Shown one piece after another: positions 31,127-35,298 of a stretch of 35,298 bases of DNA (position 1 is its first letter; the number at the start of each line of letters is the position of its first letter). The stretch is from Nitrospirae bacterium CG2_30_53_67 (GTDB lineage Bacteria > CG2-30-53-67), in assembly GCA_001873285.1 (NCBI GenBank), contig MNYV01000125.1:1-35298 (forward strand), read 5' to 3'. A model generated the notes under the pieces. It saw only the letters and a program-made list of their open reading frames with translations, ran no database searches and was not told the origin of the DNA. Made by a program: the position numbers and the translations under genes.

Positions 31127-31322
31127 TCGTTTCTCCTGATCCGGCATTTTGCAGATTAAATAGAGAAGGATTATAATCAATGCCGTCTTTTAAATCAACC
31201 TCAGATTCTCATTCATTTTCATCCAGTTGACGTTGAAAGATCCGTTTCATTTGATCGTGATAAATTTCTAACGGGTCTGAAGGCTGGGGTGTTCTGGTGT
31301 AATGGGATAAAAAAAGTAAGTG

Positions 31323-31356
31323 AAAAAAAATGACCGGTCATTGAGACCGGTCATTT
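31323..31356 (-). terminator. Intrinsic terminator
   Basis: Minus strand TGACCGGTC-TCAAT-GACCGGTCA followed by T8. Confidence 0.85.
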
Positions 31357-31421
31357 CAAGAAAGGAGGACAGAACTTTATTAAGCCTGTGGTAAGGAGAC
31401 TCAATAAAGGATGTCTTGTAT
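31323..31421 (-). ncRNA. Candidate sigma54-dependent small RNA (~99 nt)
   Basis: sigma54 promoter directly upstream, 13-bp hairpin with two G.U pairs, three UCCU motifs, intrinsic terminator, no RBS-led ORF inside. Confidence 0.65.
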
Positions 31422-31431
31422 GATTTATATA

Positions 31432-31448
31432 TGCAAGCATGATGCCAA
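31432..31448 (-). promoter_or_regulatory. sigma54 (-24/-12) promoter
   Basis: Minus strand TTGGCATCATGCTTGCA; IHF-like AATCAA-CAGG-ATA at 31464-31476. Confidence 0.75.
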
Positions 31449-31683
31449 AAATAAAAATATTCGTATCCTGTTGATTTTTAAGAAAAATATCTTCCATGCA
31501 GTCTATCCTCACAGTGAATTTTCTGCTCATTTTCCTCCCCTCGGCAGACACCGCCCCTCCTTTCTCAGCATAACCTGTTGAAAAATAAACATTTAAAAGA
31601 TGCGCAAAAATGCGCCCCGGAAAGATCCTTTTTGAACATAGAAAAACACGATATCTTGTCAATGGTATATTTGAGAAATTTCA

Positions 31684-31712
31684 TTGACATACTGAAAACA
31701 GGTAGTTAGACT
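31684..31712 (+). promoter_or_regulatory. sigma70 promoter facing the cassette array (Pc-like role)
   Basis: TTGACA, 17 bp, TAGACT. Confidence 0.65.
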
Positions 31713-31814
31713 TTTGTATGTGCTGGGGCACAAGGATGTCAAGACGACGATCACGAATTGGGTTGCAAGCGAGATTGTGTTGATATTTGAATGGGTTGCC
31801 GATGGCTCGTAGAG

Positions 31815-31848
31815 ACGTATTTATCGGTATTAGCTGGCAACGTTATAT
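31815..31848 (+). other. attI-like recombination site (crossover G|TT at 31842/31843)
   Basis: GTTATAT core partly complementary (GTTAT/ATAAC) to R'' CCATAAC of cassette 1; no attC hairpin upstream of it. Confidence 0.5.
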
Positions 31849-31893
31849 ATAGCTAAAACAGCTGTCTATAGGTTTTTATACGGATCTGTATAT

Positions 31894-32703
31894 ATGGCCA
31901 TGAATAATATCGAACAAGAAGTAATTATTCTGAAAGCAGTCAAAGAGTTAATTGACTCAATGGTAAATTTTGAGCTGATGTCTCTGGAAGGAAACGACCC
32001 AGATTCAAATATCAGTTTCAAGTCAATGACTCACCAAATGTTTTTCAATATTATTCTGGTAGATTTCTTATCTTGTACTGACAAAAAAGGCCCAATTAAA
32101 CAAACGTCCTATTTGGGTGGTTTGCGCGTAATCTCAGATAGCCCAAGCTTTGATCAAGGAGATTCGATAATAGATTTAAAAATCGCAACACAGGAGTTCA
32201 AGGATTGGCTGGAACAGGAAGTTGAGGTCGATATTTGGTTACCTTCCATTGACAAGGAAACAAAGCTGAGTGTCACCAGGTTTAACTTTTTGAAAATGAC
32301 CGGTGATATATCGAAGCATAACTATCTTAGAGCAGTAGATGTGGCCGAAGAATTGAAAAATATTTTGGCCAAGAGTGGAGTTGACGTGGGGATAGAGGAA
32401 GCTTTATTGGCATTATCTGAATTTTATGAGCGTTTCCACACCGATATTCTAGGATACCACAGTAGCACAATCGCTGAGTTTCTTAACAATATAAGATGGG
32501 GCATTTACTATTACTTGCAGCCTAAATTCAAGAAAAGCATCGTTTGGGAAAGTAGGGAACCTCCCAAATACCGTTACACATATCCAAAAGACCTAAATTC
32601 TGAATTTGCCAAGGCATGCTATTGGGAATTAATGAATGAGGTTCGAAGTGAACCATATATGCGTAAATTCAAAGTAACGAAATGGTTAAAATTGAGATAT
32701 TAG
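31894..32703 (+). CDS. Integron cassette 1: AT-rich hypothetical protein (269 aa)
   Basis: Visibly AT-rich ORF ending 3 bp before attC1; no family recognised with confidence. Confidence 0.85.
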   Translation: MAMNNIEQEVIILKAVKELIDSMVNFELMSLEGNDPDSNISFKSMTHQMFFNIILVDFLSCTDKKGPIKQTSYLGGLRVISDSPSFDQGDSIIDLKIATQEFKDWLEQEVEVDIWLPSIDKETKLSVTRFNFLKMTGDISKHNYLRAVDVAEELKNILAKSGVDVGIEEALLALSEFYERFHTDILGYHSSTIAEFLNNIRWGIYYYLQPKFKKSIVWESREPPKYRYTYPKDLNSEFAKACYWELMNEVRSEPYMRKFKVTKWLKLRY

Positions 32704-32706
32704 GGA

Positions 32707-32797
32707 CCATAACAATTGTATTCACCAGACGGCGAGAAGCGTGGCGGCGCTGACGCGGCAAGTTCATTGGCGCCGCTGGTGATGCAGATCGTTCGAC
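32707..32797 (+). repeat. attC site 1 (91 bp)
   Basis: R'' CCATAAC, L'' ATTCACCA, L' TGGTGAT, R' GTTCGAC; the arms pair leaving two unpaired bases. Confidence 0.85.
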
Positions 32798-32813
32798 AAC
32801 AGGAGACTGAGAC

Positions 32814-33521
32814 ATGCCTCTCACAAGACAGGAATATAACGACCTAATCGCACGCAACGATGCGGAAGAGATATGTTTCATGTTCGACCCCACCCAGTGC
32901 AAGGATTTCCTGCTCAAGCTCGACAACGCTGAAGCTTTGTCGAAAACGGGCAAATCGCTCCGCTTCGAGTCGCGAGTCGTCCGGACCATCGTGCATTTTC
33001 TAGAGCCCGTTTCTCTGCTGGTGGCAATCGTTGCCGGTTTCGTATGGCTCAAGTGGTGGGGATTACTCATGGCGCCAAGTGTCTGTATTTTTTGGATCAT
33101 GATTAAATCGATGTCCTCAAGTGGCAGGCAGGGCATCATCGTCCCTTTCATTACATTTTCATTAGGAGTTGTCCTTATGGTTGTGTTTCGGGAACAAGGC
33201 CCGGCATGCATCACATTCATCCTTGCCCTGTCGCTGCTTTACCTTTCAGAAAAGATGCTCTATGCCCTTCCCGTAGTGTTTTTCTCATTTCTTGTTCGCT
33301 CGAATTACGAACTCGTGAACGTGGTGTATGACAAGCCGGTTGATGATTTCAACCGTGAGATGGACATCCCCCTGATGTGGCATGTTGAAACACCGGAAGG
33401 GAAGATTCCGCAGGCAAACCCGAAACTGCCTTCCCGACTCTTCTTGACGCTGTATGGTTTCTTCAACAAGGAATGCCGAACCAAGGCATTCAGCGGACGC
33501 AATAAACCGCGCCGCTGGTGA
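32814..33521 (+). CDS. Integron cassette 2: polytopic membrane hypothetical protein (235 aa)
   Basis: CAGGAG RBS; about four hydrophobic segments; stop lies inside attC2. Confidence 0.8.
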   Translation: MPLTRQEYNDLIARNDAEEICFMFDPTQCKDFLLKLDNAEALSKTGKSLRFESRVVRTIVHFLEPVSLLVAIVAGFVWLKWWGLLMAPSVCIFWIMIKSMSSSGRQGIIVPFITFSLGVVLMVVFREQGPACITFILALSLLYLSEKMLYALPVVFFSFLVRSNYELVNVVYDKPVDDFNREMDIPLMWHVETPEGKIPQANPKLPSRLFLTLYGFFNKECRTKAFSGRNKPRRW

Positions 33522-33536
33522 TGCAGATCGTTCGTC
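33475..33536 (+). repeat. attC site 2 (62 bp, apparently chimeric)
   Basis: R'' GCCGAAC pairs with the cassette start GTTCGAC (6/7); right arm is 26/26 identical to that of attC1. Confidence 0.8.
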
Positions 33537-33538
33537 GT

Positions 33539-33586
33539 ATACCAAGGACATCAAGAGTCGTATTGCCAAACGATCCCCATCATGTT
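33539..33586 (+). pseudogene. 5' stub of a RAYT/Y1 (HUH) transposase gene
   Basis: Reads (I)PRTSRVVLPNDPHHV, resembling the MPR.AR..(L)P..PHHV N-terminus of REP-associated tyrosine transposases; ATA in place of ATG. Confidence 0.55.
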
Positions 33587-33622
33587 GATTTCCTCTTTGA
33601 AAAAATCTTTGAAAAAATTTTA

Positions 33623-35044
33623 TGTAATCCCAAAATGATAATGTCCTATTTGGCCAAAGTAGAAATGTCCTATTCTGAGTTATAATGTTCTCTTTTACAA
33701 GGAGGGCATTGTGACGGAAAAGGACATGATCACCATGAGCAGAAAGGAATCGAGGAGGCTTCACATTATCCATCAGGCACTGGATGAGAAGATCACGCAG
33801 GTTGATGCGGCATCGGTTGTCGGTCTCACCGACCGTCAGATGAGGAGATTGATCAAGCGAGTTCGGGAAGAAGGCGACGGAGGCATCTGCCACAGAAGTC
33901 GCGGCAAGACGTCGAATCACCGGATTCCCAGGAAAATCAAAGACAAAGCCCTCAAGCTGTATCGGGAGCGATACAGCGACTTTGGCCCTACCTTGGCCAG
34001 CGAGAAGTTGTTGGAGAGCCATCAGATTGCGTTAAGTGATGAGACGCTTCGGCTTTGGCTCAACCAGGAGGATGTTCCTTACAGGAAGCGCAAGAAGAGG
34101 GCCCATCGACAGTGGAGAGAGAGAAAGAAGCATTTCGGGGAGATGGTCCAGATGGACGGCTCTCATCATGACTGGTTCGAAGGCCGGGGCCCGAAATGCG
34201 TGTTGATGGGATACATCGATGACGCCACGGGGAATGCGTACGGCCGGTTTTATGGCTACGAAGGGACCCTGCCTGCCATGGACAGTTTTAAGCGGTATGC
34301 CCAGTGCTACGGCATCCCCCAGATCGTCTATTTGGACAGACACTCCACGTACAAATCCACGGCCAAGCAGACCGTGGAAGAGGAGCTGACCGACAAGAAG
34401 CCCCAAAGCCAGTTTGAGCGGGCCTTAAGTGAGCTTGTAATAAAGGTCATCCATGCCCATTCCCCGCAAGCCAAAGGGAGAATTGAAAGGCTGTTTCGTA
34501 CCCTCCAGGATCGGCTGGTCAAAGAGATGCGGCTTGCCGGCATCCATACCGTGGAGCAGGCCAATGAGTTTTTAAAAAGGTGGCTGCCCGTATACAACAG
34601 AAAATTCAGGGTCACGGCCGCAGCCGAGGCTGATCTTCACCGACCCGTATTGCCTGCTCGGGAACTTGACAAGATCCTCTGTATCCAGGAAGAGCGCACC
34701 GTACGGAATGACTTTACCATAGCCCACAATGGCAAGCTCTACCAGATCGAAGAGCGGGTCAAGGCGAAAAAGGTCATGGTGGAAGAACGACTCGACGGCT
34801 CCCTGCATATCACCACCCCAAGCCAGGATCTTCGATATCGGGAAATCACCACGCTACCGGTCAAACAAGGATCAAAACCCAGGGTATCAACTCAGAGAAA
34901 AAGAGGATGGACGCCTCCCCCTGACCACCCCTGGAGACGACCTATTAAACGACAGCCAGGAACAAAGGAGCAACTACATCTGACTGGCTAAAACCGGACA
35001 TTTCTATCTTGGTAAGAATAGGACATTTCTATTTTGGCTTTACA
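33623..35044 (+). mobile_element. IS1202-family (ISNCY) insertion sequence, 1422 bp, 16-bp target duplication
   Basis: TGT...ACA ends with repeated AATGTCC(TATT) sub-repeats; CTTTGAAAAAATTTTA at 33607-33622 and 35045-35060. Confidence 0.92.
33711..34991 (+). CDS. IS1202/ISNCY-family DDE transposase
   Basis: N-terminal HTH, QMDGSHHDWFE, IDDATG, YLDRHS, PQAKGRIERLFRTLQDRL, C-terminal PPPDHPWR. Confidence 0.95.
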   Translation: MTEKDMITMSRKESRRLHIIHQALDEKITQVDAASVVGLTDRQMRRLIKRVREEGDGGICHRSRGKTSNHRIPRKIKDKALKLYRERYSDFGPTLASEKLLESHQIALSDETLRLWLNQEDVPYRKRKKRAHRQWRERKKHFGEMVQMDGSHHDWFEGRGPKCVLMGYIDDATGNAYGRFYGYEGTLPAMDSFKRYAQCYGIPQIVYLDRHSTYKSTAKQTVEEELTDKKPQSQFERALSELVIKVIHAHSPQAKGRIERLFRTLQDRLVKEMRLAGIHTVEQANEFLKRWLPVYNRKFRVTAAAEADLHRPVLPARELDKILCIQEERTVRNDFTIAHNGKLYQIEERVKAKKVMVEERLDGSLHITTPSQDLRYREITTLPVKQGSKPRVSTQRKRGWTPPPDHPWRRPIKRQPGTKEQLHLTG

Positions 35045-35060
35045 CTTTGAAAAAATTTTA

Positions 35061-35089
35061 TTGACGTCTCTCATTTACCCTGTTAATAT
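35061..35089 (+). promoter_or_regulatory. sigma70 promoter immediately right of the IS target duplication
   Basis: TTGACG, 17 bp, TAATAT preceded by TG-N. Confidence 0.5.
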
Positions 35090-35157
35090 CGAACGTTATG
35101 AATCCATAGGTGATTCTGTTATTTTTTATACTCATTTTTTCATAAGGAGACTCCCCC

Positions 35158-35298
35158 TTGAAAACCCAACATCAAATGAAAATCATGGTCTATTTATTCC
35201 TTCTGGCCGGCATCTTCCTTGCCCCGTCATCTCTATGGGCTGATGATCCGGTTAAAAAAGCCGATGGCGCCCAACAGCAGGAAAAAGCAAAAACCGAG
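35158..35298 (+). CDS. 5' end of an exported protein (partial; TTG 35158 or ATG 35176)
   Basis: AAGGAG RBS; MKIMVYLFLLAGIFLAPSSLWA-DDPVKK signal peptide; open to the window edge. Confidence 0.7.
   Translation, partial: MKTQHQMKIMVYLFLLAGIFLAPSSLWADDPVKKADGAQQQEKAKTE

Noticed and set aside
31265..31275. TTTCTAACGGG half-site of the 2971-3003 palindrome
   Set aside because: No partner arm nearby; too short to call.
31358..31412. CsrB/RsmZ-type GGA-repeat RNA on the + strand
   Set aside because: Promoter, U-tract and G.U pairs all point to the minus strand.
31351..31662. 103-aa minus-strand ORF
   Set aside because: Runs through promoter elements and the sRNA candidate, with no RBS and low-complexity composition.
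33285..34022. 245-aa minus-strand ORF
   Set aside because: Crosses the IS boundary, attC2 and two real genes; chance open frame.

Overview
Bacterial chromosomal window, moderately GC-rich. Gene content and sigma54 usage suggest a Nitrospirota/Desulfobacterota-like organism (inference only). Most of it is housekeeping: panC end, maf, M20 peptidase, acyP-tatA-mobA-BON, yidD-like/TPR, lpxC, DUF362, tusA/dsrE, receiver and HD-GYP signalling, LysM, and a long minus-strand run GH57, FG-GAP, suhB, rplU-rpmA-obgE-proBA-nadD-rsfS-rlmH, lapA/B, gpmI, comF. The non-routine parts are: (i) a candidate ~99-nt sigma54-dependent small RNA (31421->31323, minus strand) with IHF/enhancer-like upstream sites, a G.U-supported hairpin, three UCCU anti-Shine-Dalgarno motifs and an intrinsic terminator; (ii) divergent from it, an integrase-less integron array (promoter, attI-like site, two cassettes with attC sites, the second attC apparently chimeric), followed by a RAYT/Y1 transposase stub and an IS1202-family element with a 16-bp target duplication; (iii) an XRE repressor divergent from a perfect sigma70 promoter bracketed by an inverted repeat, driving a Cys-rich mini-protein and a twin Fis-HTH protein, with a nest of miniature repeats in the intergenic space; (iv) three copies of a rod-folding MITE-like family at C-TWA-G sites. 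All calls come from reading the sequence and recognising motifs; no database searches were run.
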